Positions 20,886 to 30,761 are shown, counted from the first letter of the whole stretch. The stretch: DNA of 59,949 bases, filler included, from a bacterium (GCA_031551405.1; 2 parts of 2 records of this genome joined end to end with filler, not necessarily neighbours in it), one strand, 5' to 3'. Numbers and translations are program-made. Notes: generated by a model not told the origin, from the letters alone.

Positions 20886-22217
20886 TTAATAAAACAGATA
20901 TTTCACTCCGAATCTAAGCGAATCTGACGGGAATTCGTACGCAGCTCCATTATCTTTTACTTTGTCGGAAAAATTGTGAGCATAGGAAATCCCGAATACA
21001 AAAGCGTTTATTTTGTACTCAGTTCCTAATGTCAAAGTCGTTAAATCATATTGATCTGTATTTAAAAGATTTGCTCTATCTTGCTGATTGTATGGCGATG
21101 GGTCGCGTCTTATTCCTGCCAGCAAATCAAACGCCTCATTAAGTCTGTATTTTGCTCCCAAACTTAACATTGTTGTAGCTTTCCAATTTAAATTTTGGTT
21201 TATATCGACAAAAGTTGTTCCGCTTGCATCGTATTTAATATCCTCTTTCATACTTGAATAATCTGCAACGTCAGCGCTAAAAGCCAGCATTAAATCTTCC
21301 GTCACGTCATACGCGATTCCAAGACTATAAGTGAATGGATATTTGTAATTTTGAGTATAATTTGTTTTTTCGTGAACATCCGGATTGCCTAATACTGCAT
21401 AAACTCCGACTTGATCGTATCTAGCGTCGCCTTTTATTTTTATAGTCGCTCCACTTCTGATGCTAAAACCCAAACGTAAAGTTTCGATAGGGGAATACAA
21501 AACGCCGCCCATTGCTTCAAGACCATAGCCATCGCCTTTTCTTTCTACCGAAACCTCGTAGGTATTCAAAGGCGTAATAATTGTTGCGTTAGAAGTGTAT
21601 TCTTTTTTTGCTTTTAGCTCGCTCTGCATATAAATTACGTCTAATCCTATGCCAATCGAAACTTGATCGGATATTCGTTTTGCTCCGGAAATATTTGCGA
21701 CTATCAAGCCGTACTCTGAATTTAAAGAAGCTTTTAATTCGTCGCTAAAACCTGGAACAGCATCTGCTTTGACGGTGTCGCTCCATTTGCCGCTTCCGCC
21801 GCCAACTCCATAAATACCAATCGCAAGAGTTATATCCTCTATTTGCGTATATCCGGCTACAAACGGTATAAAAGCGTCGACTGTAAGATTTTTATTGTTG
21901 TAAGATGTTCGTTCTGTGGGATAAATTTGTGGAATTGGGAAATCGTTTTTGGATGGGGTGAGAGGAGAATTATTTTGCAATGAACTTGTACTTTTTGCTT
22001 TTGAATCAACATAAAAACTTGTAAATTCAAAGCCATTGCCTTCAAGCTGAGTTAGACCTGCTGGATTGTAATAAATTGCGGTTGCGTCGTCTGCGCCTGC
22101 AGTGAATGCTCCACCCATGTTTGTCGCTCTGTCGCCAGGCTGTACAAAGATTGAACCAGAAAAAACAGCGGAAGGTAGATAAAGTGAAACCAAAAAACTT
22201 AAAAATAGTTTTTTCAT
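20886..22217 (-). CDS. FadL/OmpP1/TodX-family outer-membrane hydrophobic-compound (long-chain fatty acid) channel
   Basis: Signal peptide, MGGAFTAGADDATAIYYNPAGL (NPA hatch motif), amphipathic beta strands, aromatic C-terminus. Confidence 0.88.
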   Translation of the reverse strand: MKKLFLSFLVSLYLPSAVFSGSIFVQPGDRATNMGGAFTAGADDATAIYYNPAGLTQLEGNGFEFTSFYVDSKAKSTSSLQNNSPLTPSKNDFPIPQIYPTERTSYNNKNLTVDAFIPFVAGYTQIEDITLAIGIYGVGGGSGKWSDTVKADAVPGFSDELKASLNSEYGLIVANISGAKRISDQVSIGIGLDVIYMQSELKAKKEYTSNATIITPLNTYEVSVERKGDGYGLEAMGGVLYSPIETLRLGFSIRSGATIKIKGDARYDQVGVYAVLGNPDVHEKTNYTQNYKYPFTYSLGIAYDVTEDLMLAFSADVADYSSMKEDIKYDASGTTFVDINQNLNWKATTMLSLGAKYRLNEAFDLLAGIRRDPSPYNQQDRANLLNTDQYDLTTLTLGTEYKINAFVFGISYAHNFSDKVKDNGAAYEFPSDSLRFGVKYLFY

Positions 22218-22361
22218 TAAATGATTTCCTCCTTTTCTATGTTATAAATTTTATTAAAGTTCCGTCTTTTTTTTTTTTGAGTTCTTAGTCGTTTATTTTC
22301 AACCTTTATTTACAACTTAAAAACACAGTGTTTTTTATCTATTATGAGGACTGCATTTTTA

Positions 22362-22636
22362 TTTTTTAAAATTTTTAATTATGCGTTGGTCTCTATATTA
22401 TGCTGCTTTCTCTTTTATAAATTTTACTATAATTTTCTAAATATTCGTTACAAAGGTTTTCAAAGCTCACGTTATTAATAGTCAACCCATGTTTTTTGGC
22501 TTCAAGTCTCTTCTCGAGTTCTTCTTTAAATTTTTTGACAAGGCTTGGGTCGCTAGAAACAGCTTTTTCTCTTTACTTTCCGTCTTCTCTCTAAGAAAGA
22601 TACCAAATTTTGTTTTTTTTCTACGATGTAACATAA
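22362..22636 (-). pseudogene. Probable degraded N-terminus of a tyrosine (phage-type) integrase
   Basis: Manual translation KKNKIWYLS*REDGK*REKAVSSD...FKEELEKRLEAKKHGL...SFENLCNEYLENYSKIYKRESS, then a frameshift to YRDQRIIKNFKK. This resembles arm-binding plus core-binding domains and lies just past the tRNA-Asp 3' end. Confidence 0.5.
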
Positions 22637-22693
22637 ATGAAATTCTTTTTTATAAAATCAATCTTCTATATACCTTTATAACAAGTATACTAT

Positions 22694-22712
22694 TTTTGTC
22701 ATTATTTTGTCA
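22694..22712. repeat. Right boundary direct repeat TTTTGTCATTATTTTGTCA
   Basis: 17/19 identical to 16028-16046. Confidence 0.55.
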
Positions 22713-22769
22713 TTAAAATTTTTTAAATCTTGCGAAACTTTATTAAACTTTTTGGCTCAATTTGGGCAT

Positions 22770-22803
22770 AAAAAAAAGATCGTCATTTCTGACGATCTTT
22801 TTT
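22770..22803 (-). terminator. Intrinsic terminator after the tRNA-Val/tRNA-Asp pair
   Basis: Stem AGATCGTCA/TGACGATCT flanked by A and T runs. Confidence 0.85.
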
Positions 22804-22805
22804 AA

Positions 22806-22882
22806 TGGCGGGGACGACGAGACTCGAACTCGCGATCTCGGCCTTGACAGGGCCGCATGTTAACCAACTACACTACGTCCCC
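22806..22882 (-). tRNA. tRNA-Asp(GTC)
   Basis: Cloverleaf GGGGACG...; anticodon arm CGGCC-CTGTCAA-GGCCG; TTCGAG T-loop; CCA encoded. Confidence 0.97.
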
Positions 22883-22907
22883 TAAGATGTGATTAATTTG
22901 CAAATAT

Positions 22908-22983
22908 TGGTGGGCGATAGAGGATTTGAACCTCTGACCCTCTGCTTGTAAGGCAGACGCTCTCCCAGCTGAGCTAACCGCCC
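22908..22983 (-). tRNA. tRNA-Val(TAC)
   Basis: GGGCGGTTAGCTCAG...; anticodon arm TCTGC-CTTACAA-GCAGA; CCA encoded. Confidence 0.97.
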
Positions 22984-23214
22984 AAAAAGATAAAATTTTA
23001 CAAAATATATTGACTTATAGACGAGAAAAATTTTTAGTAGTTCAAATTATCATATTTTTTATAAATTGTCAAGGACTGTAGCTGCAAAATTAATATGCCT
23101 ATTTTTTGGGAACTAGATTCCGAGCAGAAAGATTCAAAAAACATAAAAATTTGAGATTTATGCTTTAATTTAAGAGATAAAACATAAGTTTTTTATGAAA
23201 AAATCTTAAAAATA

Positions 23215-25347
23215 TTAAGTTTGAGATTTTATATCCCAATAATACCATTCGTCATAAAACCTGTTGTCTCGATATAAAGCGATTTTCTTGTCAGGCAAAG
23301 CTTTGAGAGAGAAGGAAATCCAAAATTCACGATATAATTTGCTAGTCGCATCATACTTATCAAAAACCGAAAATTTCATTTCCCAGCAATGCAAATCTCG
23401 ATATATCGCAAATTCGCGCTCTTTTTGTTTCAAAACATCATTCCTCGTGTAATCGTAATCAACCCTAAAACTGTAATCCATTCTCCACTTAAAATTAGGC
23501 CTAAATTTTATCGTTGTGATGGCGTCAACTTTGCCGGGTTCGTGCGGCAGATAACTCACATTTTCACTGAATGAAATCCTAGGACTTGGAAAAAAATACA
23601 AAATATTTTGGAAAAAATCGTTTTTTTCCTGCTGCAAATTATACTGCGTTCGAGTGTAAGAGTTGAAATATTTCCCAAATCTAGCTCTCACTTCAGTTGT
23701 GATAGGAGAAAATCTATCGACGGTATTGTTAGTTTTAAGGTTAAAATCATAGCCGGAATAAGCCCTGACTTTTAGCGCTCCTCGCAAAAAATACGTGTTT
23801 ATATCGATATTGAGCTTCTTTGTATCGACATTTTTGACCGAACCTTCGATGTCAGTTGTGTAGTAATAACTCAAATTCAAATCGATGTCTCGAGTGATGC
23901 GATTGCGTAAATTCAAATTCGTATCAATTTTTGTCTGCGATATTTCGTGATAGACATTGAATTCATCGAGTTTGTTTTCCAGCGGTTTACGAAGACCAAC
24001 AGTTGGCGTAAGAGTGATATTTCTCGTGAGTTTTTGCGATGTAGTCAGATTGAAGTACGAATTTCCGGATAAATAATAATTTTCGTTTATAGTGCTGTAA
24101 TTGTCGACAAAATTAAACCCAAGCTTGTAAAAAAGTCCGTTTACAAAAAATTTATTACGGTTTGTGTCGAAACTGAAACTTGGAAGATATTCGCGAGAAC
24201 GAAGATATTTTAGTTTGGTATTATCCCAATTTTCTTCTCGTTCCCAGAGTAGCATCATTGAATAAAATTCTTTGAAATAATTGAGCGAGGAATACGAGTA
24301 AATATTACTTTTCAATCGTTCGCCGGGATTAGACGAGCTCGGGTCACCGGTGTAAGTAAAATCTCTGTCAAATCCCTCGTCGTTTTGATAATTAATTTTT
24401 ACAAAACTTCTTAAATTTTTTGTGATTTTTTGTGTATGATCGATTCGTAAAGTACGTTTCATTGACTCGTCAATTCTGTCGTCGATTCCATATCCATAAA
24501 TCGAGCCGTTCAAAACGTCCGGTTTTTTGTAGTCGTATTTGAGCCCGAGTCCGAGTCCGCGATTGTCATAGTTGTCGATATAAGCAGTGATGGTTTGGTC
24601 GCGGCTCAATGGATATTTGACTCGCAAATTCTCATACCAACCGTCGATAGAATTTTGACCAATAGAAATTGTAATTTCCATTTTTTGATCTTTTAGCGAC
24701 TGATAAAAAATCGGAAAATAAAATATCGGAATTCCCTTCACAAAAATGAAAACATTGTAAGCCACCAATTTGTCTTCGGTATAAACGATTATTTTACTGG
24801 CTTTAAAGTAAAAATGGGGGCATTCATAATCGCATGAAGTAATTGCTCCGCGCCTGAAAATCGCTTTTTTTACGCCTTGACGTTCCAGTTCTTTTCCTCG
24901 CATCACCCATGGAGCATAAAAAGTTTTGGCATTTTTTATTATTCCTTTCTCATTTTCAAAATCGTAGTCCAGACTGCTACCATGAATTTCGTCTTTAGAG
25001 TCTTCAATCTTTATTTTTCCGTTTGATTTTCCGATTTTTGAGTCTGCGTAAAATTCAATGTCGTCGGCATAAATCGTCATATCTTTGTATTTTACGACTA
25101 CATTTTTTTCCGCTTGGATTTTGTCAGAGTCGAGATTTCGATATAAAACTTCAGATTGAAAGTTGATTTTTTCGCTTAAATCGAGGTTTTCATCAGACGT
25201 AGAATCAATCGAAAGTTCTGCTTCGGTTGGAGTATTTTCGTCGAAATGTTGATGAGATGAAGAGGCGTGAGAGTTAAAACAAAAAAATAATGCAAAAAAA
25301 ATCAAAGAAACATTTTTTTTGAAAAATGTCATTTTTTTAATTGACAT
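23215..25347 (-). CDS. lptD: LPS-assembly protein LptD-like (OstA domain + beta barrel)
   Basis: Signal peptide, jelly-roll OstA region, ITSCD..PHFYFKASKI, PIFYFP, C-terminal RDLHCWE. Confidence 0.8.
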   Translation of the reverse strand: MSIKKMTFFKKNVSLIFFALFFCFNSHASSSHQHFDENTPTEAELSIDSTSDENLDLSEKINFQSEVLYRNLDSDKIQAEKNVVVKYKDMTIYADDIEFYADSKIGKSNGKIKIEDSKDEIHGSSLDYDFENEKGIIKNAKTFYAPWVMRGKELERQGVKKAIFRRGAITSCDYECPHFYFKASKIIVYTEDKLVAYNVFIFVKGIPIFYFPIFYQSLKDQKMEITISIGQNSIDGWYENLRVKYPLSRDQTITAYIDNYDNRGLGLGLKYDYKKPDVLNGSIYGYGIDDRIDESMKRTLRIDHTQKITKNLRSFVKINYQNDEGFDRDFTYTGDPSSSNPGERLKSNIYSYSSLNYFKEFYSMMLLWEREENWDNTKLKYLRSREYLPSFSFDTNRNKFFVNGLFYKLGFNFVDNYSTINENYYLSGNSYFNLTTSQKLTRNITLTPTVGLRKPLENKLDEFNVYHEISQTKIDTNLNLRNRITRDIDLNLSYYYTTDIEGSVKNVDTKKLNIDINTYFLRGALKVRAYSGYDFNLKTNNTVDRFSPITTEVRARFGKYFNSYTRTQYNLQQEKNDFFQNILYFFPSPRISFSENVSYLPHEPGKVDAITTIKFRPNFKWRMDYSFRVDYDYTRNDVLKQKEREFAIYRDLHCWEMKFSVFDKYDATSKLYREFWISFSLKALPDKKIALYRDNRFYDEWYYWDIKSQT

Positions 25348-26300
25348 TGATGGTATTCTTCGAGAGCCAAAAGTCCGGCTCCAATAACGCCGGCGTCGTG
25401 GTTGTTATCTCCAAAAATGATTGTTACTCTATTCGCCGGGATTGCAAAAGCGCGTTTTTTTAGGGTGTTTTTTATAGAATCCGAAATCCAAGGCTCTGCT
25501 TGAGCGATTCCGCCGGTTAGGTGAATTGCTTCGACATTGAGAAGGTTGACGAGATTTGCGAGAAGCGTACCGAGAATTTCTCCGATTTCACGCCAAATTT
25601 TTCTTGCAATTTCGTCGCCGTCATTTGCCGCTAAACTTATTGATCTTGGAGTGATTTTTCCGTCATCATTTTTATATTTACTGATTAAAGAGTTTGGATT
25701 TTCTTTCAAGTATTGTTCAGCGAGCTCAATGATTCCTCGAGTTCCGGCATATCTTTCAAAACAGCCGTTTGAGCCGCAGCTGCAGCTTTTTCCGTCGACA
25801 ATATAGTGCATATGTCCAATTTCTCCGGAAGCTCCGTCAGCGCCTCGGTAAAGTTTTCCATCAAAGATCAGTCCGCCGCCGATTCCGGTCCCGAGCGTAA
25901 CGCAAATCATGTCTTTAAATTTTTTTTTGTAATTCAGATAAAAAATTCCCCAAGATGCTGCGCTTGCGTCGTTGTCGACAAAAACTTTGAGGTTAGTCGT
26001 TTTTTTTAGGGCGCTAGAAATGTCGAAATTCCGCCAACCAATATTCGGAGAAAACGTGATTAATCCGGTTTTGTGCGAGACAACTCCGGCTGCGCCGATT
26101 CCGATTCCGACTATATTTTGATATTTTGATTTTAATGAATTGGCGAAACTCGAAAGATTTTGGATGAGAACGTTTTCGTCGATATTTTCGGAAGTTTTTA
26201 AGATTTGTTTTTCAAAAATATTGCCTTTTTCGTCGATCAAAGCTGTATTTATTTTTGTGCCGCCAATGTCAATCCCGATATAAAATTCATGATTTTGCAT
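25329..26300 (-). CDS. ROK-family sugar kinase (glucokinase-like)
   Basis: Motifs GIDIGGT, DNDA, TLGTGIGGG, GEIGH, CSCGSNGCFE. Confidence 0.93.
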   Translation of the reverse strand: MQNHEFYIGIDIGGTKINTALIDEKGNIFEKQILKTSENIDENVLIQNLSSFANSLKSKYQNIVGIGIGAAGVVSHKTGLITFSPNIGWRNFDISSALKKTTNLKVFVDNDASAASWGIFYLNYKKKFKDMICVTLGTGIGGGLIFDGKLYRGADGASGEIGHMHYIVDGKSCSCGSNGCFERYAGTRGIIELAEQYLKENPNSLISKYKNDDGKITPRSISLAANDGDEIARKIWREIGEILGTLLANLVNLLNVEAIHLTGGIAQAEPWISDSIKNTLKKRAFAIPANRVTIIFGDNNHDAGVIGAGLLALEEYHQCQLKK

Positions 26301-26328
26301 TTAATAAAATCCTCGTTAAATCTAAAAA

Positions 26329-27720
26329 TTATCGTGAAAAAATCTTTTTTTCAAACTCTGAAATCAAATAAAAAGACCCGACGAAACAAACTAAATCCTC
26401 TTTTGAAAAATTCTTCTTTATCGTATTCAAAATTTCGTCGTAGTTTTCTGTAGACAACAAAATTTTATCTGTTAAATTTTGTTTTTCAAATTCTTTTTTC
26501 AAACGCTGCACGTCTAGAGCTCTTTCAGATTTTGGACTTGTTAGCAAAAAAAATGTTTCCAAATTTTTAAAATTCTGCTCGGATTTTGCAATTTTACTTG
26601 AAGACGCAGCGTTATTTTTTGAAATGGGACGCACAAAATTTGAAAACTTTTGTATGATTTGACTATAATTTTTATCTCTCAAAATTCCAAAAACAATCGC
26701 GATTTTTCGATATTTTTTTTGCGATTTTAAATATTCGAAAAAAGTCTTTAATCCTGCGAGATTATGCGCTACGTCAAAAAGCAAATTCGTCTCTAATTCC
26801 GAAGCCGAAAAATCGAAAAATTCGAGTCTGCCTGTCAAAGAAAAATTTTTTATAGTTTTCAGAACTTCAACAAAATTAAAATGTAAATCAAATTTTTTGT
26901 TTAAAATCGAAATTGTTTTTAGAGCGAGCGCAAGATTTTTGTATTGGTGTTCACCGCGTAATTTCAAATTTATGTTTTTAAGTTTCGTTGATTTTTTTTC
27001 GCGGTTTAAATGCTCGGAAAATTCGCAAAAAGTATTTTTTTTATCGATTCGAAAATCTCGATTTAGCAAGAAAAGATTTGCATTCAAACCTTTTGCTTTT
27101 TCAGCTAAAGTTAGTCGCAATTTGTTTTGCGAAATCCCTGACACGATAACAGAATTTTTGCGCAAAATGCCCATTTTTTCGTCTAAAATTTTTGCGAGCG
27201 TTTTTCCCAAATATTGCGTGTGATCAAAATCAATGTTAGTTATAATCGAGACGAGCGGAGAATCGAAAACGTTCGTAGAATCTAGCCTTCCGCCGAGCCC
27301 GCATTCGAACACGCAAATATCTACGTTTTCATCAACAAAATATTTTATCGCCAGAAGAGTCAAAAATTCGAAATAGGTCAAATCGATTTTATTTTCCGTC
27401 ACGAAATTTTTTAAAAAATTTGCGTACTTGAATAAAACAGAATTTTCGATATTTTTGTCGTTAATTTTTATTCTTTCATTGAGTTCAAAAATATGTGGCG
27501 ACGTAAAAAGTCCAACTTTTTTTACATCGGAACAATTTTTTTCAAGGATTTTAGCGATCAAATTTGAAACGCTACCTTTTCCGTTCGTGCCGGCTACGTG
27601 AATTATGTTAAGTTGATTCTGAATATTTCCCAGCAAACTTAAAGCTTTTTTGATCCTTTTCAAGTTCAAGTCTATTTTGTTTTCATTTAGCTCGTCTAAA
27701 TATTTTTGCAAATTTTGCAT
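26329..27720 (-). CDS. folC: Folylpolyglutamate synthase/dihydrofolate synthase
   Basis: Motifs HVAGTNGKGS, FTSPH, ECGLGGRLDSTN, DH..YLG, DVAHN, GSFYL; follows accD. Confidence 0.95.
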   Translation of the reverse strand: MQNLQKYLDELNENKIDLNLKRIKKALSLLGNIQNQLNIIHVAGTNGKGSVSNLIAKILEKNCSDVKKVGLFTSPHIFELNERIKINDKNIENSVLFKYANFLKNFVTENKIDLTYFEFLTLLAIKYFVDENVDICVFECGLGGRLDSTNVFDSPLVSIITNIDFDHTQYLGKTLAKILDEKMGILRKNSVIVSGISQNKLRLTLAEKAKGLNANLFLLNRDFRIDKKNTFCEFSEHLNREKKSTKLKNINLKLRGEHQYKNLALALKTISILNKKFDLHFNFVEVLKTIKNFSLTGRLEFFDFSASELETNLLFDVAHNLAGLKTFFEYLKSQKKYRKIAIVFGILRDKNYSQIIQKFSNFVRPISKNNAASSSKIAKSEQNFKNLETFFLLTSPKSERALDVQRLKKEFEKQNLTDKILLSTENYDEILNTIKKNFSKEDLVCFVGSFYLISEFEKKIFSR

Positions 27721-27727
27721 TGGAAAA

Positions 27728-28555
27728 TTAGTTTTTGAGAGTCAATAAATTTATGATTTTTGACAAAGTTTCTTTCATTTTATCTCGAGAAACTATCATA
27801 TCGATCATTCCGTGTTTGAGCAAAAATTCTGCGGTCTGGAAACCTTCCGGCAATTTTTGACGAATCGTTTGTTCGATCACTCTCGGACCTGCGAACGCGA
27901 TCAATGCGCCGGGTTCTGCGATATTGATGTCGCCGAGCATAGCAAAACTGGCGCTGACTCCACCGGTCGTTGGATCAGTTAATATCGAGATATATGGCAA
28001 TTTTGCTTGCCCTAGTTTCGCGATGGCGGCGCTCGTCTTTGCCATCTGCATGAGAGAAAACATACTTTCCTGCATTCTTGCTCCACCAGACGTTGAAATG
28101 AGAATGAGTGGTATTTTCCCTTTTATCGCGATGTCGACTAGTCTAGCAATCTTTTCGCCTTCGACAGAGCCCATGCTTCCGCCCATAAATTCAAAATCCA
28201 TTGCTCCGAGCGCGACTTCTGCACCATGCAAATTACCTACGCCGGTAACAATCGCAGAATTCCTTTGCGTTTTTTCGCGTGTTTCCTCGATTCGCTGTTT
28301 GTACGGCTTGAGATCCTCGAAATTCAAAGGATCGGCTGCCGTCATTTCTCCATTATATTCTTTGAACGTGCCATCGTCGATAAGAAGATTTATTTTTTCC
28401 CAGACGTCTAACCTAAAATGATACCCGCATTTTTTACAAATCTTGAGGTTTGATTCAAGTTCCTTCGCGTATAAAACTTCGTCGCAATTGTTGCATTTAT
28501 TCCACACGCCATGAGGGACGCTTCTTTTTTTTGAGTCTTGTTTATTTTCTGTCAT
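27728..28555 (-). CDS. accD: Acetyl-CoA carboxylase carboxyltransferase beta subunit
   Basis: C4 zinc finger WNKCNNC..CKKC, FMGGSMGS, SGGARMQE, DPTTGGVSASFA. Confidence 0.97.
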   Translation of the reverse strand: MTENKQDSKKRSVPHGVWNKCNNCDEVLYAKELESNLKICKKCGYHFRLDVWEKINLLIDDGTFKEYNGEMTAADPLNFEDLKPYKQRIEETREKTQRNSAIVTGVGNLHGAEVALGAMDFEFMGGSMGSVEGEKIARLVDIAIKGKIPLILISTSGGARMQESMFSLMQMAKTSAAIAKLGQAKLPYISILTDPTTGGVSASFAMLGDINIAEPGALIAFAGPRVIEQTIRQKLPEGFQTAEFLLKHGMIDMIVSRDKMKETLSKIINLLTLKN

Positions 28556-28751
28556 TTTTTACCTCATTGTCTAGAAAAGTAAGCAAAATTTTTGAAATAA
28601 ATTTGCAAATTTTACTTATAAAACGCTTGAAAAGCAAATTTTTTTTTATTTTGAGATGTTTGTTTTATTTTTTTTAAATGTTGAATTTTCTATCTGGGAA
28701 ATTGTACAATTTTTTAATGCCTTTTTATGAGCCAAACTGAGTCAAAATTTT

Positions 28752-28806
28752 GTAAAAGCGTTAGAAATTTTCAACTATTTAAATCCTTTAAGGTGATGAG
28801 TTTTGA
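28752..28806. repeat. Degenerate fragment of the intergenic repeat module (copy E)
   Basis: AAAAGCGTTAGAAATTTTCAACTATTT...GATGAGTTTTGAA aligns with 9208-9262 and 110-160. Confidence 0.55.
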
Positions 28807-28932
28807 ATAACTTTTGTTTAAGATTTTTAGAAAAATTATTAGAGCGTTGCGTTTTGGGGAATTTTGTTGTTATGTTGTCGGAAAATTTGTAGTGCTTTTG
28901 TAGTCTTCACATTACAATTTGTAACATTTTCG

Positions 28933-28961
28933 TTGACAAAAACTGGAAAAATCTTTATAAA
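28933..28961 (+). promoter_or_regulatory. Sigma70-type promoter upstream of serA
   Basis: TTGACA-17 nt-TATAAA. Confidence 0.65.
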
Positions 28962-29026
28962 ATTTAAAATTTGCTAGACTTGAAATTGAAAAATCGAGTC
29001 GTAAAAAATTTAAATTAAGCAAAAAA

Positions 29027-30628
29027 ATGGAGTCAAAATTGAAAACAAAAATTTTAATCAGCGATCCACTCGCAGAGGAAGGAATAAAACTCTTTCAAGA
29101 AAACTCTAGTTATGACGTCGATATAAAAACGAATCTCAGCGTTGAAGAATTAAAAAAAATTATAAAAGATTACGACGGACTTGTGATTAGAAGTGGAACA
29201 AATGTAACGGAAGAAATTATTAATGAAGCGAAAAATCTGAAAATTATTGGACGAGCTGGAGTAGGAATAGACAATGTCGACGTAAAGTCAGCAAGCATGA
29301 AAGGAATTGTCGTAATGAACACGCCGGGTGGAAATACTATTTCTGCAGCAGAACATACGATGAGTATGATGCTTGCTTTGTCGCGCAACATTCCTCAAGC
29401 TGACGTCTCCCTTAAGAAAAAAGAATGGAAGAGAAGTAAATTCACTGGGACTGAGGTTTACGGGAAGACGCTGGGCGTTATCGGATTTGGGAAAATTGGA
29501 TTCGAAGTCGCAAAAAGAGCAAAAGTATTTGGGATGAATATTTTGGTTTACGATCCTTTTACAACTGAGGAGATAGTTTCGCAACTGGACGCAAAAATTG
29601 TGGATTTGGGCGAGATATTTGCAAACTCCGATTATATCACTCTTCACGTTCCTAGAAATAAAGACACGGAAAATTTAATCAGCAAAGCTTCTATTGAAAA
29701 AATGAAAAATAATGTCAGAATTATCAATGTTGCTCGAGGAGGAATCGTTAATGAGGCAGATCTTGCAGAAGCGATAAAATCCGGAAAAGTCAAAGGCGCA
29801 GCACTCGACGTTTTTAACACGGAGCCTTGTACGGATAGCCCGCTTTTTGATTTGGAAAACGTTGTGGTCACGCCGCATCTCGGTGCATCGACAGAAGAAG
29901 CGCAAATAAACGTAGCAATTGATATCGTCAAGCAAATCCGCGATTTCTTCGAAAAAAATGAAATACAAAATGCTGTAAATATCAGTTCTGTTTCGTCTGA
30001 AGTGATGAAAGAAATTAAACCCTTTATCGAATTATCTGAAAAAATCGGAATAATGCACTCATCGTTAATTTCTGAAAAAGGCGTAATTAAAGAAGTTGAA
30101 ATTATTTATGCCGGCGATATTTCTGAGGCAAAAGTTGCGCCGATTACAGTCGCTTTTTTAAAAGGGCTTTTGCAAAATATCGAGGAAAATGTGAATTTTG
30201 TAAATGCTTCATTTTTAGCGAAACAGAGAGAAATCAAGATTAAAGAAAGTAAAATTAGTAAATTAGACGATATCGTAAATTTATTGACAGTAAAAGTAAA
30301 GACGGAAAAGGAAACATTAGAAATTTCGGGAACAGTGTTTTATGAAAGTAATATTAGAATCATAAAAATAAATGGTTATAATGTAGACCTAACGCCAATT
30401 GGTAATATTTTATATTCTGTAAATGTTGATATTCCGGGCGTTGTCGCAAAACTTGGCACAAAACTTGCAGAATCAAACATAAATATTGCAAATATGCAAG
30501 TGAGTCGCGATGAAAAGACAAAAAAAGCAATCATGCTTACAAGTATTGATCAAGCTGTTTCCTCGGATATACTCAAAAATTTACAGAGCATAAAAGAAAT
30601 CGAAACTATAAAGTTAATTATTTTATAG
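29027..30628 (+). CDS. serA: D-3-phosphoglycerate dehydrogenase (long form with ASB and ACT domains)
   Basis: Motifs GRAGVGIDNVD, NTISAAEHT, GFGKIG, NVARGG, TPHLGAST; C-terminal ACT (D.PGVV..NINIA). Confidence 0.96.
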   Translation: MESKLKTKILISDPLAEEGIKLFQENSSYDVDIKTNLSVEELKKIIKDYDGLVIRSGTNVTEEIINEAKNLKIIGRAGVGIDNVDVKSASMKGIVVMNTPGGNTISAAEHTMSMMLALSRNIPQADVSLKKKEWKRSKFTGTEVYGKTLGVIGFGKIGFEVAKRAKVFGMNILVYDPFTTEEIVSQLDAKIVDLGEIFANSDYITLHVPRNKDTENLISKASIEKMKNNVRIINVARGGIVNEADLAEAIKSGKVKGAALDVFNTEPCTDSPLFDLENVVVTPHLGASTEEAQINVAIDIVKQIRDFFEKNEIQNAVNISSVSSEVMKEIKPFIELSEKIGIMHSSLISEKGVIKEVEIIYAGDISEAKVAPITVAFLKGLLQNIEENVNFVNASFLAKQREIKIKESKISKLDDIVNLLTVKVKTEKETLEISGTVFYESNIRIIKINGYNVDLTPIGNILYSVNVDIPGVVAKLGTKLAESNINIANMQVSRDEKTKKAIMLTSIDQAVSSDILKNLQSIKEIETIKLIIL

Positions 30629-30679
30629 ACAAAAAAATTTTTTTTTAATATATTAAAAAACTATGTAAAATTTTTACAT

Positions 30680-30752
30680 GGGCCGGTAGCTCAGCTGGTA
30701 GAGCACGTCCCTTTTAAGGATGTGGCCGCGCGTTCGAATCGCGCCCGGCTCA
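30680..30752 (+). tRNA. tRNA-Lys(TTT)
   Basis: Anticodon arm CGTCC-CTTTTAA-GGATG; TTCGAAT T-loop; CCA not encoded. Confidence 0.95.
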
Positions 30753-30761
30753 ATTTTTTTT

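Noticed and set aside
28556-29026. Strand switch between accD and serA as a possible replication origin
   Set aside because: No cluster of DnaA boxes (only one mismatched TTATTCAAA-like site) and no dnaA/dnaN nearby. A divergent promoter region explains it.
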